64,000 nt of DNA from Candidatus Poribacteria bacterium. GTDB taxonomy: Bacteria > Poribacteria > WGA-4E > PCPOR2b. The DNA lies in assembly GCA_965116925.1 (NCBI GenBank), contig OZ220744.1:3808001-3872000 (forward strand). The letters are read 5' to 3'. Both the position numbers and the translations under genes were made by a program. Shown here piece by piece: positions 19,893-29,890 of the stretch; the first letter of the stretch is position 1, and each line of letters begins with the position of its first letter. The notes beneath the pieces are model-generated. The model searched no databases. It had not been told where the DNA came from and saw only the letters and a list, made by a program, of their open reading frames with translations.

Positions 19893-20729
19893 TTGAAACG
19901 CCTACTATTTGTTACACTCGCAATAACTTTAGTTGCAGGTGGCTATGCAACCGCTCAGATGGCGGTATTTATTGATGGTGCTGACTTTGAGAGTTATGTG
20001 TCAGCACCGCATGACCCGTGTTTCTTCGACGATGACCTCTGTTGTCCGTTTACCTTTGAATCATGGTTCAAACCCTTTGACTCTCAAGGGGAGCGAATGA
20101 TTCTCAACAAAGAGGATCATTGGGAAAGTGCTAACAAGGATGGCCTCTTCCAATCTGCTATCGCAGGTGCGAAAGAGGACGGCAAAAATAACGGTTGGGC
20201 ATGGGAAAACAGTGGTCTCGGTGTCGGGGTCAATGTTTGGAACCACGGCGCAGTTGTCTGGGATCCGCCAAAAGTCCATATGTTTCTCAATGGCAAACAG
20301 GGGGACGATGGCGAGCACGCTGGCAATAAACTGGCTTGGGCGCATGAAGATACGTTCAAGATGGGAAGGCGCGAACGTGGTGGTGCGACGCACTCTGTCT
20401 ACCACGGACTGATTGACGAGGTCCGTATCTCAAAAGGTGCCCGCTACAAAGGCGACTATGAGGTTCCTAAAACCGAGTGGGTGCCAGATGCGGATACAAG
20501 AGCCCTCTATCATCTGAACGAAGTAGAAGGCGCAGCGACAATTGTCAATTTTGCCAAAGAGGGTGGCCACGCCAAACCGTGCCCGGATGCTGTTCTCGAA
20601 GGGGCAGTTGAGTTGTGGGACGTTGGTCTTGGTAGCGGACACGAACAACCGTTTGAGCCGTTCTCTGTTGAGCCCGGTGGCAAGATGACGACGACGTGGG
20701 GACACGTTAAAGACCGTCCAGTATATTAA
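19893..20729 (+). CDS. Secreted LamG/concanavalin-like jellyroll protein
   Basis: TTG start after AAGGAGG; signal peptide; FTFESWFK, WNHGAVVWD, MFLNG, GLIDEVRIS; C-terminal SVEPGGKMTTTWGHVK. Confidence 0.85.
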   Translation: MKRLLFVTLAITLVAGGYATAQMAVFIDGADFESYVSAPHDPCFFDDDLCCPFTFESWFKPFDSQGERMILNKEDHWESANKDGLFQSAIAGAKEDGKNNGWAWENSGLGVGVNVWNHGAVVWDPPKVHMFLNGKQGDDGEHAGNKLAWAHEDTFKMGRRERGGATHSVYHGLIDEVRISKGARYKGDYEVPKTEWVPDADTRALYHLNEVEGAATIVNFAKEGGHAKPCPDAVLEGAVELWDVGLGSGHEQPFEPFSVEPGGKMTTTWGHVKDRPVY

Positions 20730-20771
20730 AAAAATGTGATGCGTAAACCGCGTATCTTCAATGATGTTAAG

Positions 20772-20805
20772 AGGGGCGAAACTGAAAATGTTCGCCCCTT
20801 TTTTT
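20772..20805 (+). terminator. Rho-independent terminator
   Basis: AGGGGCGAA-N10-TTCGCCCCT followed by a T run. Confidence 0.8.
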
Positions 20806-20862
20806 ATTGCTTGCATGTAGGGTTGAGATTTGATAACATGAGGTTGTAGGGGGATAGAGTCG

Positions 20863-21738
20863 ATGAGTCGTTTCACTATAGTAGCGGTTACACTGCTGTT
20901 CTTCAGTGCTGTAACTGACTCCGTCTCGAATCCTGCGCTTGACCTTGGTGATCACCTCTTTGCGTTGGGAGATTACAACGCGGCGATTACGGAATACAAG
21001 CGGTTTCTATTTTTCGATGCCGACCCTCCGCAGGCGGGTGAGGTACAGTTCAAAATTGGCTTGGCATACCGCGCTCAGGAGTGGTGGGCGGAAGCGGCTG
21101 AAGCGATGATTGCGGCAGTCCAATTGACAACGGAAACCGAATTGCAGGCGGAGAGGCGGGTTGAGCTCGCTGTGACACTGATTGCTAGTGGCACCTACGA
21201 TCTCGCGCTAGTAGAACTGATCAAGGTTGATATGCAGAGCCAGTCGGCACGGTTGCGTCAACGCGCTCGTTTCTTACGGGGGATTGCCTATCTGTATCAG
21301 TTCAAGTGGGAACAGGCGCGATCGGTGTTTCACGCGTATTTCGATAAAATTCCCAGTGCAGCGGGAGCTGCTACTGAGATTGACAGGCTCTTTTTAGATG
21401 CTCATGGTCGGTCACAGAAGTCGGAAAAGGTGGCGCGGCTGCTCTCTACCCTTTTGCCAGGGCTAGGACAGACTTACGCTGGCGACTGGAAAAATGGGTT
21501 GAATGCCCTGCTTCTCAATGGAGTGCTCGGTTACGTTACCCTTGATGCTGCAATCGAACGAGACTATGACGACGCGCTCCTTTCGTTCTTCTTTCTGTTT
21601 CACCGCTATTATTCGGGGAACCGTTACCGCGCAGCAGAGGCAGCGCAGACGTTCAACGATCGGGAAAATCGCCAGCATGTCGAGAAAATTTTGCAAGCCT
21701 TGGCAATTCAATTCGCACAAGATAAGCGCAGGGAATGA
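20863..21738 (+). CDS. TPR protein with C-terminal TM2/DUF5683-like membrane segment
   Basis: Signal peptide, TPR helices (GDYNAAITEYKRF), LSTLLPGLGQTYAG motif. Confidence 0.7.
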   Translation: MSRFTIVAVTLLFFSAVTDSVSNPALDLGDHLFALGDYNAAITEYKRFLFFDADPPQAGEVQFKIGLAYRAQEWWAEAAEAMIAAVQLTTETELQAERRVELAVTLIASGTYDLALVELIKVDMQSQSARLRQRARFLRGIAYLYQFKWEQARSVFHAYFDKIPSAAGAATEIDRLFLDAHGRSQKSEKVARLLSTLLPGLGQTYAGDWKNGLNALLLNGVLGYVTLDAAIERDYDDALLSFFFLFHRYYSGNRYRAAEAAQTFNDRENRQHVEKILQALAIQFAQDKRRE

Positions 21739-21801
21739 GACAGATGCTTGAGTCCTATACCTTGCCCTCCCGATCAAGATAAAAAAATTGGACTGTTTCT
21801 C

Positions 21802-22566
21802 ATGCTCATAGATTCGCACGCCCACATTCAATTAGATAAATTTGATGCAGATCGGGGAGCTGTTTTGGAACGAGCTCAAGAGGCCGGGGTGCACGCGATG
21901 ATGGTCATCGGATTTGATCTGGAGACCAGTCGTGGGGCAATTGCGCTCGCAGAAAAATATGATCAGATCTACGCGACCGTTGGTATGCATCCACATGATG
22001 CGAAAGATCTGGCTGACGAAACTGTGTGTATCTTTCGCGACCTTGCTGCACACCCGAAAGTCGTGGGACTCGGCGAGATGGGTTTGGATTACTACCGAGA
22101 TCTCTCTCCCCGTCCGATTCAGAAAACAGCGTTTGAACGTCAGTTAGATCTGGCGGAGGAATTGGACCTCCCGATAGTGATCCATAACCGTGAAGCCTAC
22201 CACGACATCCTCCCAATTTTGCAGGCGCGGCGCGGCAGGGTACGTGGTGTGATGCACTGTTTTTCGGGTGATGTTGAAATTATGCGCCAGAGCCTTGCAC
22301 TCGGATTTCACATCGGCATCGGTGGTCCGGTGACTTATCGCAAGTCAGACGCTTTGCAGGAGGTCGCTCAAAAAGTTCCCGCGGATGCCTTACTAGTGGA
22401 AACGGATTGTCCATGGCTAGCACCACAATTTCGACGCGGGAAGCGCAACGAGCCGGCGTATGTTCGTGCAACAGCAGAGAAGATTGCCGAACTGCGCGGC
22501 ATGTCGCTAGAAGAAATTGGTGAGATAACGACACAAAATTTTGAAGGGTTATTTATCACGTCATGA
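21802..22566 (+). CDS. tatD: TatD family deoxyribonuclease
   Basis: MLIDSHAH, GMHPH, GEMGLDYY, HNREA, HCFSG, ETDCPWLAP. Confidence 0.95.
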   Translation: MLIDSHAHIQLDKFDADRGAVLERAQEAGVHAMMVIGFDLETSRGAIALAEKYDQIYATVGMHPHDAKDLADETVCIFRDLAAHPKVVGLGEMGLDYYRDLSPRPIQKTAFERQLDLAEELDLPIVIHNREAYHDILPILQARRGRVRGVMHCFSGDVEIMRQSLALGFHIGIGGPVTYRKSDALQEVAQKVPADALLVETDCPWLAPQFRRGKRNEPAYVRATAEKIAELRGMSLEEIGEITTQNFEGLFITS

Positions 22567-22656
22567 GTTCAACTTAATGCACGGTATGAGTTTCTCGAAA
22601 CGTAGGCGTTATTGTAAATTTAATTCATATCGGATATTTTAGAGGAGAGTTATTCG

Positions 22657-23760
22657 ATGAAAATCACAAAGGTCGAGACATTTTTAGTTAAACCGCGTTG
22701 GCTCTTTTTGAAGATTCACACCGACGAGGGATTGGTGGGGCTTGGTGAACCGATCCTCGAAGGACGTGCCAAGACCTGTGCACAGGCTGTCGATGAGCTT
22801 GCACCTTATCTGATTGGCAAAGATCCACGGCGCGTTGTCCACCACTGGCAGGCGATGTATCGCCACGCCTTCTATCGTGGGGGTCCCATCATGACGAGTG
22901 CATTGAGTGGCGTAGATCAAGCACTCTGGGATCTTGCGGGGAAGTCGCTCGGCGTTCCTGTCTATCAGTTGTTGGGCGGTCCGACACGCGATCGCATCCG
23001 TTTGTACAAAGGTGGCGGTGATCCTGAGACCATCAAAGAGTGGGTTGATAAAGGGTTCACAGCATTTAAGACAGGTGTTGCTGGTGGAAGACCTGCTCGA
23101 CTAATTGAATCGAAAGGATTTGTAGACCGTGCCGCTGAACGATTTGCTGCATTGCGCGAGGCCGCTGGACCTGATGTCGATATTGGCATTGACTTCCACG
23201 GTGCAATCAGTCCGCAGACAGCAAAACTGCTGATTCGTGCGTTAGAGCCTTACCAGCCGATGTTTATTGAGGAACCGTGTCAGTGCCAAAATGTAGATGT
23301 AATGGCAGAAATTGCGCGGGGCACACATTTGCCGATTGCTACCGGGGAACGGATTTTCACTAAGTGGGGCTTCCGTGAAATATTGGAGAAGGGTGCAGCT
23401 TCTATCCTTCAGCCAGACTTATGCCATGCAGGTGGAATCAGTGAAGTCCGAATCATTGCAGGTATGGCGGAGGCATACTACGCTGGTCTCGCGCCTCACA
23501 ATCCATTGGGACCAATTTCGCTTGCGGCGTGCATTCAGTTAGATGCCTCGATTCCCAACTTCCTCGCACAAGAGCATACAACGTTAGGGGAGGGTTACCT
23601 CAAGAACCCGTTTGTTTTCAAGGACGGCTTCGTGGAGTTACCGACGGGTCCCGGTTTGGGGATTGAACTTGATGAAGATGCGATGGAGGATAAGATCGAC
23701 CACGACTGGCAGAACGCCCAGACCTATGATCCAGATGATGGGTCAGTGATTGATTGGTAG
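22657..23760 (+). CDS. dgoD: Galactonate dehydratase (enolase superfamily)
   Basis: PRWLFLKIHTDEG, GEPILEGRA, FYRGGP, DFHG, QPDLCHAGG, APHNPLGPI. Confidence 0.85.
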   Translation: MKITKVETFLVKPRWLFLKIHTDEGLVGLGEPILEGRAKTCAQAVDELAPYLIGKDPRRVVHHWQAMYRHAFYRGGPIMTSALSGVDQALWDLAGKSLGVPVYQLLGGPTRDRIRLYKGGGDPETIKEWVDKGFTAFKTGVAGGRPARLIESKGFVDRAAERFAALREAAGPDVDIGIDFHGAISPQTAKLLIRALEPYQPMFIEEPCQCQNVDVMAEIARGTHLPIATGERIFTKWGFREILEKGAASILQPDLCHAGGISEVRIIAGMAEAYYAGLAPHNPLGPISLAACIQLDASIPNFLAQEHTTLGEGYLKNPFVFKDGFVELPTGPGLGIELDEDAMEDKIDHDWQNAQTYDPDDGSVIDW

Positions 23761-23894
23761 TTTGCGTGTTTGTTCATTGGTTCATTGAATGAAGTTCTGA
23801 ACTCTTGAACGCTTAACCGATGGGGAAACGACATCCTCATCAACCCACACCAAGGGTTAATGCGGGAAATTGACTAAAACTAAGGAGGCGTGCA

Positions 23895-24665
23895 ATGCTA
23901 ACAGCAGAGCAGGAATCGTATTTTGACACTTTCGGCTTTCTCTTTATGCGGCAGTACTTCTCGCCGGAGGAGATGAGCGAGATTACGCATCAGTTCGACA
24001 AGGTGCTGACGGAAGAACGTGGTGGCAAGCCCTTCACCGGGGAAGAACAGGGTACGACAACCATCGTTGAACACAGCTCCTTTTTTACGCAGCTTGTTGA
24101 AGACGATCGCATCTATGAGGTCATTGAACAGTTGATGCCGGGCGAGTTCATCTGGTCTGGTTCTGAAGGCAACCTTACTGCTCACAGCGAGCACCGATGG
24201 CATGCGGATCGACAAGGCGTCGCAGAGGTTGATTACCTGCGCATCAAGGTGATGGTCTATCTCGATCCAGTGACGAAAGATCGAGGCTGCTTGCGCGTTA
24301 TCCCCGGTTCACATCGGCTGCCGCTCCACATGGATCTTGGACCACTAATCGCTCAGAAAGCGGATTCGAGCCCAAGTACCTTCGGAGTTTCCGGATCAGA
24401 ATTGCCATGCTTTCCGCTTGAAGCGCAGCCGGGTGATGTTGTATTCTTCAATCACTGTCTGTGGCACGGGATGTTCGGGGGTTGGGCGGGGCGTCGCTAT
24501 ATCGCTCTAAAATTCGCCGCCAAGCCGACAACTGAAGCGCACATGGCTTCTCTGCGGCGTTGGTCACCCTATGCTCTGAAGCCTAATGCGGCATTTATAA
24601 ATAGTGATAGACCGCGAGTTCAGAACATGATGAAAGGCGTTCCGGGGGTTGGATCGGGCGGCTAA
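23895..24665 (+). CDS. Phytanoyl-CoA dioxygenase (PhyH) family protein
   Basis: FDTFGFL, WHAD, GCLRVIPGSH, PGDVVFFNHCLWHG. Confidence 0.9.
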   Translation: MLTAEQESYFDTFGFLFMRQYFSPEEMSEITHQFDKVLTEERGGKPFTGEEQGTTTIVEHSSFFTQLVEDDRIYEVIEQLMPGEFIWSGSEGNLTAHSEHRWHADRQGVAEVDYLRIKVMVYLDPVTKDRGCLRVIPGSHRLPLHMDLGPLIAQKADSSPSTFGVSGSELPCFPLEAQPGDVVFFNHCLWHGMFGGWAGRRYIALKFAAKPTTEAHMASLRRWSPYALKPNAAFINSDRPRVQNMMKGVPGVGSGG

Positions 24666-24925
24666 TTGTGGGGATTGATATGTTCTAGTTTAACGGTGGG
24701 TACGGTCACCGCAAGGGTCGGTTGAAAATCTATTGCAAATATTCTGATTATACCTCTGCCTGCTTCGGATCACGGATGAAAAGCGCGGTCAAGATGGTCG
24801 CGAGTGTAGCGACGATAAGAACGGGGTGGAAATCCTAAAACTACCAAACCGCAACCTTTTAGCGTTGCCGATAACGCTATTGTTAGGCATAACACGTCTC
24901 CTTACCTTTTGCCGTGTGTGCAGTT

Positions 24926-26488
24926 CTATCCTTTCTTAAAGGTAACGACTTCTGGCAATGGCATATAGTTCTGTTTTTCAAGGAGTGCGAGGAGTTTCTG
25001 AGATTGCTGGCGTGATACCACGAAATCCGTTGGGGAAATCTCACCGAGAATATACCTCCCAATCTGTTTGGAGGTTTTGATTTCTTGGGCGATATGCACG
25101 TTTTTGCAGCGTAGCAGCATCACATCCATTAAATAGATCTGACCATACTGTTCTGCCCAATCTTTGATAGAGATCTCAACATTTTGCGGAATACCCGTTT
25201 TGGAATGAGTTTGCAAAAATATCAAGATTTCATCAAAGGAGAAGCCTGAACGCAAGCCGTTGTAGATTGATTGGGCGGAGAGTTTATAGGTGGACATCTG
25301 ATCTGCTTGATGGAGTTCTGCAATATGATTGAGCTTCCAGCGAAGTTCGGGTGCTAGATAACTTGAGGCAAGCACCTCGTGATTGGGTTGAACAATAAAC
25401 GATGATTCAAACTCGTAATTCTCAATCGGTTCGTCATAGAAAAGGCGTCGTCCGATATCTGTTACCTGAATTGCAACATCATCCCCTAGATGGGCAAATG
25501 TAATCCCTCCCATATAGGTTAGGTGGTTAACTAAGGAACGTTCAAGCTGAGAATAAAGGGTTTGCCTCCAAGTAGCACTCACTGCGAATGTGGAGATTTG
25601 ATCTTGAATCGAGGAAAGCAGGACCCACTGTTCTGGGGAGAGAATGCGCACAATGGATTGTGCAATTGGCACTGATGGGTCTTTCGACATGCCATGTTCC
25701 AACCAGTGGTTGTATATGTCCAAGAGTTTTTCTGGATCGGTTTTTTGGATCCATTCCTTGCCGGCTTCACTACATACTAGGTCAGCATCCTGTCGATAAA
25801 TGAGTTTTTGGTGTCGGCAAAAATCAAAGATCAGAGCTAAACGATCCGGATTTTCCGCCGCTGGGTTGATCCGATCGTAGACTTTTGGTGTGTCGTTCGG
25901 CACTTCAAAATGTTTGAGAAGATGTTTCTGGGTATGCTTGTAGATGCTGCCTTGTTGCGTCTGCCGTATTCCGTATTGGGAGGCAAAGCAGAGGAAGGTA
26001 AAAGTATCCCGGACCAGTGCAAAACCGTCATTGCGAATATTCATGGGCGTTTCTTTGGGGTGCCTCAGGGTCACGCTCATATCTTCCGCGAAAATTTCTT
26101 GTAGCAACAAACGCAGGTCAGCCGGGACAATATAGTGATATTGCATACCGCTTGCTGCGAATGTGAAAATAAAGCCTGATTCGGCGAGGGTATGCAGAAT
26201 TTCGGCACCTCTGCTAGACCAACCGCGGCTCATTTGATTAACCTTCCGATTGAATAGATGAAACGGAACCCCCGTTTCCCCGCATGAGAAGGCAAGGATC
26301 ATCAGCACTAAACGCTCGTAAGAGTTAAGGCGCGCTACCAAGTCTTTCAAGAATGCTGGATTAAGAAATCTCTCAACAATTTGATGGCGCAACTTTGATG
26401 CCGGAAGTCGATCCGTTAATCCTATCCGGCGTGCGGCTCGTTGGCAGTATGCTTTGGAGGCGTTCTTAAGGAAATCTCTATAGTTCAT
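24926..26488 (-). CDS. Helicase-associated (XPB/Ssl2 N-terminal, Helicase_C_3-like) domain protein
   Basis: C-terminal FIVQPNHEVL...YKLSAQSIYNGLRSG...FLQTHSKTGIPQNVEISIKDW; no Walker motifs. Confidence 0.8.
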   Translation of the reverse strand: MNYRDFLKNASKAYCQRAARRIGLTDRLPASKLRHQIVERFLNPAFLKDLVARLNSYERLVLMILAFSCGETGVPFHLFNRKVNQMSRGWSSRGAEILHTLAESGFIFTFAASGMQYHYIVPADLRLLLQEIFAEDMSVTLRHPKETPMNIRNDGFALVRDTFTFLCFASQYGIRQTQQGSIYKHTQKHLLKHFEVPNDTPKVYDRINPAAENPDRLALIFDFCRHQKLIYRQDADLVCSEAGKEWIQKTDPEKLLDIYNHWLEHGMSKDPSVPIAQSIVRILSPEQWVLLSSIQDQISTFAVSATWRQTLYSQLERSLVNHLTYMGGITFAHLGDDVAIQVTDIGRRLFYDEPIENYEFESSFIVQPNHEVLASSYLAPELRWKLNHIAELHQADQMSTYKLSAQSIYNGLRSGFSFDEILIFLQTHSKTGIPQNVEISIKDWAEQYGQIYLMDVMLLRCKNVHIAQEIKTSKQIGRYILGEISPTDFVVSRQQSQKLLALLEKQNYMPLPEVVTFKKG

Positions 26489-26688
26489 TGTGTGCTCAAC
26501 TGCTCCTGATCGGAGATTGGGTGAAAGGTAAATTATAGCATACCAGCATCACAAAACAAGCCTTATTTTTGGTTTTCGGTCCGTAAGGAAAAAGGTTGAA
26601 AAATGGGCTACAGGCACTGAAGATGCTGAGTGAGTCTATTATTGAGTTTGTTGTTTCGCGCTATATATCGCATAGATGGAGGGAATCG

Positions 26689-28110
26689 ATGAAATCATCT
26701 AAATATCACGTTTGGAAGTGGCGAATTGCCTTGATGACATTGGCAGCCTGGATCTGCCTTGATGGCGTGGAATTAATCACACAAGCGCAGGTGCAACCCC
26801 CCCGTCGTAGAAGAGGGTTAATGATCAGTCCAGAGGCCTTAAAGAAAAGGGAGGAACCAACGGTTGATATTGGGAAAAGCCTCGTGGAAATTGCCCAGCG
26901 TGCAAGCCGTCAAAGCGCGAACCAGATGGTAGATTTGGTGCTTATTATTGATGGAAGTTTGGCGATGAAAGGTCCGGGCAAGATAGTCGAAGAACGGATT
27001 GTTGATATAGCGAATGCCTTTGAAGAATCGATGGTTGATTATCGGTTTGGGCTCGTTTGGTTTCAAGATGCTGGTAAAACATCACGGATCACAGTCAAAC
27101 CGTTGCAGCGAGGACTCACTGAACTTGAAGACGACTTTCGCAATTTACCACCACCGAAATTTAAAGGGCGTGCCGCTGGACACGGGCTCGACGCGATTAT
27201 GAAAGGTATTGAAGATTTGCAATTCCGGTGGGATGCCGAAAAGCACCTCGTTGTTGTGACAAACTCAAAATTGCAAACGTCTTGGGAAGGAAAAGACGGG
27301 AAAAATCAGGTTATCGGGAAGATTCTGGATTGGTGTAAAAAAGAGGAAATTCGGATTAACATCATCGGAGTCAGCGAAGAGATACAGATGCAGTTGACTG
27401 ACCTGACCGACGGGAAGTGGTACGCTATTGACAAATATCAACGTAGGGTTGACCATGCCCCTCTGATAGATAAATCTATAACTAAGATTGATGGAATTTT
27501 CAGACGCATCGCTCAACATATCGCTGCAACGGCGGAACAACCCGTCGATCTGATATTTGTGTATGACTCCAGCTTGAGCATGAACGAAAAAGTGAATGAA
27601 ACTTGCATGGGACTGGATACATTGGTCGAGGTTCTGGATAGTGAGGGGATAGATTATCGATTTGGAATCATCCGGTTCTGGGCACAGTCAGGAGGCGGTG
27701 AAAGTTTGATTACGATAACGCAACCGCCATTAAGTGCTGAACAGGTGAAAAAACTGTTTCAGAGACCGAAGCGCGGCGACGAACATCTGTTGGATGCAAT
27801 TATGGAAGGTGTACCCAAACTGCAAACACCTGATGATCGGAAGCTCGTACTCTTTATCGTTACCGATGAGCCCTCTAGCAGTGGACCGGGAACAAAATAT
27901 ACGTCTATGAGGGCAGTCGAAGTCTGTCGCAGCGTTGACGCGCAAGTCAATGCTATCGGAGGAGTGGGATCGATGGGTTCTGTACATGATTCAGCCGATG
28001 CTCATGGGGTTTCTGACGAATTCCAGCGACGTGCTCCTGCAGCCACAAACGGACAACATTACATCATGCCGGGGGCCGCGGTGCTATTTCAGAGTCGGCT
28101 CATTAGGTAA
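26689..28110 (+). CDS. Exported protein with two tandem vWA domains
   Basis: VDLVLIIDGSLAM...DYRFGLVWF and VDLIFVYDSSLSM...DYRFGIIRF...VTDE; GGAGG RBS before ATG 26689. Confidence 0.8.
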   Translation: MKSSKYHVWKWRIALMTLAAWICLDGVELITQAQVQPPRRRRGLMISPEALKKREEPTVDIGKSLVEIAQRASRQSANQMVDLVLIIDGSLAMKGPGKIVEERIVDIANAFEESMVDYRFGLVWFQDAGKTSRITVKPLQRGLTELEDDFRNLPPPKFKGRAAGHGLDAIMKGIEDLQFRWDAEKHLVVVTNSKLQTSWEGKDGKNQVIGKILDWCKKEEIRINIIGVSEEIQMQLTDLTDGKWYAIDKYQRRVDHAPLIDKSITKIDGIFRRIAQHIAATAEQPVDLIFVYDSSLSMNEKVNETCMGLDTLVEVLDSEGIDYRFGIIRFWAQSGGGESLITITQPPLSAEQVKKLFQRPKRGDEHLLDAIMEGVPKLQTPDDRKLVLFIVTDEPSSSGPGTKYTSMRAVEVCRSVDAQVNAIGGVGSMGSVHDSADAHGVSDEFQRRAPAATNGQHYIMPGAAVLFQSRLIR

Positions 28111-28185
28111 GCGGTTAATTGATTGAAAATCTGTCCCCTGTAATTTATCGAGTTAGCAACGGATGCCTGTTGACCATACATGGAA

Positions 28186-28251
28186 GTTTGGTAGGCGCTG
28201 TTTCCAACTGCGCCGATTTGGAGTGTTTCATTAATTCTAAAATCTACTATA
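28186..28251 (-). mobile_element. Truncated TATAG-ended MITE (one end plus REP hairpin) flanked by a 33-bp direct repeat
   Basis: Near-identical to one half of 53290-53397; direct repeats at 28154-28186 and 28250-28282 (1 mismatch). Confidence 0.8.
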
Positions 28252-28291
28252 GCAACGGATGCCTGCTGACCATACATGGAAGGGAGATAGC

Positions 28292-29716
28292 ATGATAGAC
28301 GCGGAATTGGCTTTCGCTTCAGCGACCAATCTCTTAGAAATGATCTCGACGAAACAGATTTCCCCGGTAGAACTGACCGAGTTATACTTTGACCGCATCA
28401 ATAGACTGGACTCACAACTAAACGCATTCCTGCTCTTGACCCACGACGAGGCGATGGAAACTGCCAAAGCTGCCGAAGCGGCAGTTATCCGCGGTGATGA
28501 ACTAGGGCCTCTACACGGGCTGCCCATCCCTATCAAGGACACCCAAATGACCAAGGGGATACGGACGACTTCGGGTTCGGTGGTATACAAGGATCGGATA
28601 CCGGAGCGGGATTCCGCTGTGGTGGAGCGTGTGCAAGAAGCTGGAGGCATTGTCATCGGCAAAACCAATGTTCCAGAGTTCGGCATGGTCGGCACTTGCG
28701 AGAACAGCTTGGGTATCTCCGGCTGCAACCCTTGGAACACCGATCGCACACCGGGAGGCTCCAGCGGTGGTGCTGCGGCAGCTGTGGCAGCGTACCTGTG
28801 TCCCCTTGCTACCGGTAGCGATGGTGGCGGATCCATCCGTATACCCGCCAACTTATGTGGCGTTTACGGCATCAAGCCTTCGCAGGGGCGCGTCTCCGGC
28901 TACACAGGCTTGCAAGGTCCTGCGATGCCTTACATGTTCTCACAGAACGGTCCCCTTACCCGCACTGTGAGGGACGCTGCCTTACTGCTCCAGACGCTTG
29001 CCGGGCACGATCGCAGAGATCCCACCTCCCTCCGAGAAACACCACCCGATTTCATCGCTGCAGTAGATAGAGAGATTCAGGGGTTGCGTATCGCTTGGAG
29101 CCCAGATTTTGGCTTCGCTGATGTGGAACCCGATGTCTTGGAGGTTACCTCAAGGGCAGCACAGCTATTTGAGGGTCTCGGTTGTCACGTCGAAGAATCC
29201 GACTTGGCGATGGACCCGCCTTATGACACTTTCGGTGCCATCATAGCGGCGGATTCGTATAGCAGCCAAGGCAGGTATCTGGAAACCTATGGAGATCAGA
29301 TGACCGAATTTGCTGTATTCCTTCTTGAATACGGTGCGAAAGTCACCGCAACCGATTACGCTAGGGCACTCGGTCAGATAGATCTCTTGAAGGCGCGTAT
29401 GACCGACCTGTTTGAGAAATATGACCTGCTGCTTTCGCCGACATCGTGTTTCCCTGCCTTCCCCAACGGCGAGTATCCCGGCAAGTGGTCACCTAATAGG
29501 ATTTTCCCGGATCAGTACTGGAATGGTGCGTTTACGTTACCGATTAATGTGATTGGACACCCCGCTGCTACCGTGCCCGCAGGTTTCTCCTCCGACGGTC
29601 TGCCCATCGGTCTCCATATTGTAGGGAGGAAGGAAGATGAAGAAACAGTGTTGGCTGCATCGAGGGCATTTGAGCGGGCGCACCCATGGATACAGCACCG
29701 ACCTCCGGTATCCTGA
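28292..29716 (+). CDS. Amidase signature family protein (GatA-like)
   Basis: PLHGLPIPIKD, GKTNVPEF, TPGGSSGG, GSDGGGSIRIPA. Confidence 0.93.
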   Translation: MIDAELAFASATNLLEMISTKQISPVELTELYFDRINRLDSQLNAFLLLTHDEAMETAKAAEAAVIRGDELGPLHGLPIPIKDTQMTKGIRTTSGSVVYKDRIPERDSAVVERVQEAGGIVIGKTNVPEFGMVGTCENSLGISGCNPWNTDRTPGGSSGGAAAAVAAYLCPLATGSDGGGSIRIPANLCGVYGIKPSQGRVSGYTGLQGPAMPYMFSQNGPLTRTVRDAALLLQTLAGHDRRDPTSLRETPPDFIAAVDREIQGLRIAWSPDFGFADVEPDVLEVTSRAAQLFEGLGCHVEESDLAMDPPYDTFGAIIAADSYSSQGRYLETYGDQMTEFAVFLLEYGAKVTATDYARALGQIDLLKARMTDLFEKYDLLLSPTSCFPAFPNGEYPGKWSPNRIFPDQYWNGAFTLPINVIGHPAATVPAGFSSDGLPIGLHIVGRKEDEETVLAASRAFERAHPWIQHRPPVS

Positions 29717-29890
29717 TCGGTCACTTAAAATTGCGAATATCGTAATCTGTATTACTGCGCCCCACGTTCAGGCATTTAGGGGCGTTTTTATTTGTCCCCT
29801 CCAGTTGAAACTTTGAGGTATGAATGCAGCTAAAGGGTAACAGATTAGAATCCGCGGATATAGTAATCGCACCTATCGGCAATTTTTCCC

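Noticed and set aside
24688..24888. attC-like site (GTTTAAC...GTTAGGC with partial arm pairing)
   Set aside because: About 200 bp is long for attC, pairing is poor, and there is no integrase or second clear site; the local hairpin at 24860-24879 may just be a terminator between convergent genes
28089..28277. Short ORFs sharing IVDFRINETLQIGAV (also 53289-53480 and 63293-63475)
   Set aside because: Translations of the MITE sequence, not a protein family
28292..29716. gatA
   Set aside because: Amidase signature is present but there is no gatB/gatC and no GatA-specific motifs; left as generic amidase
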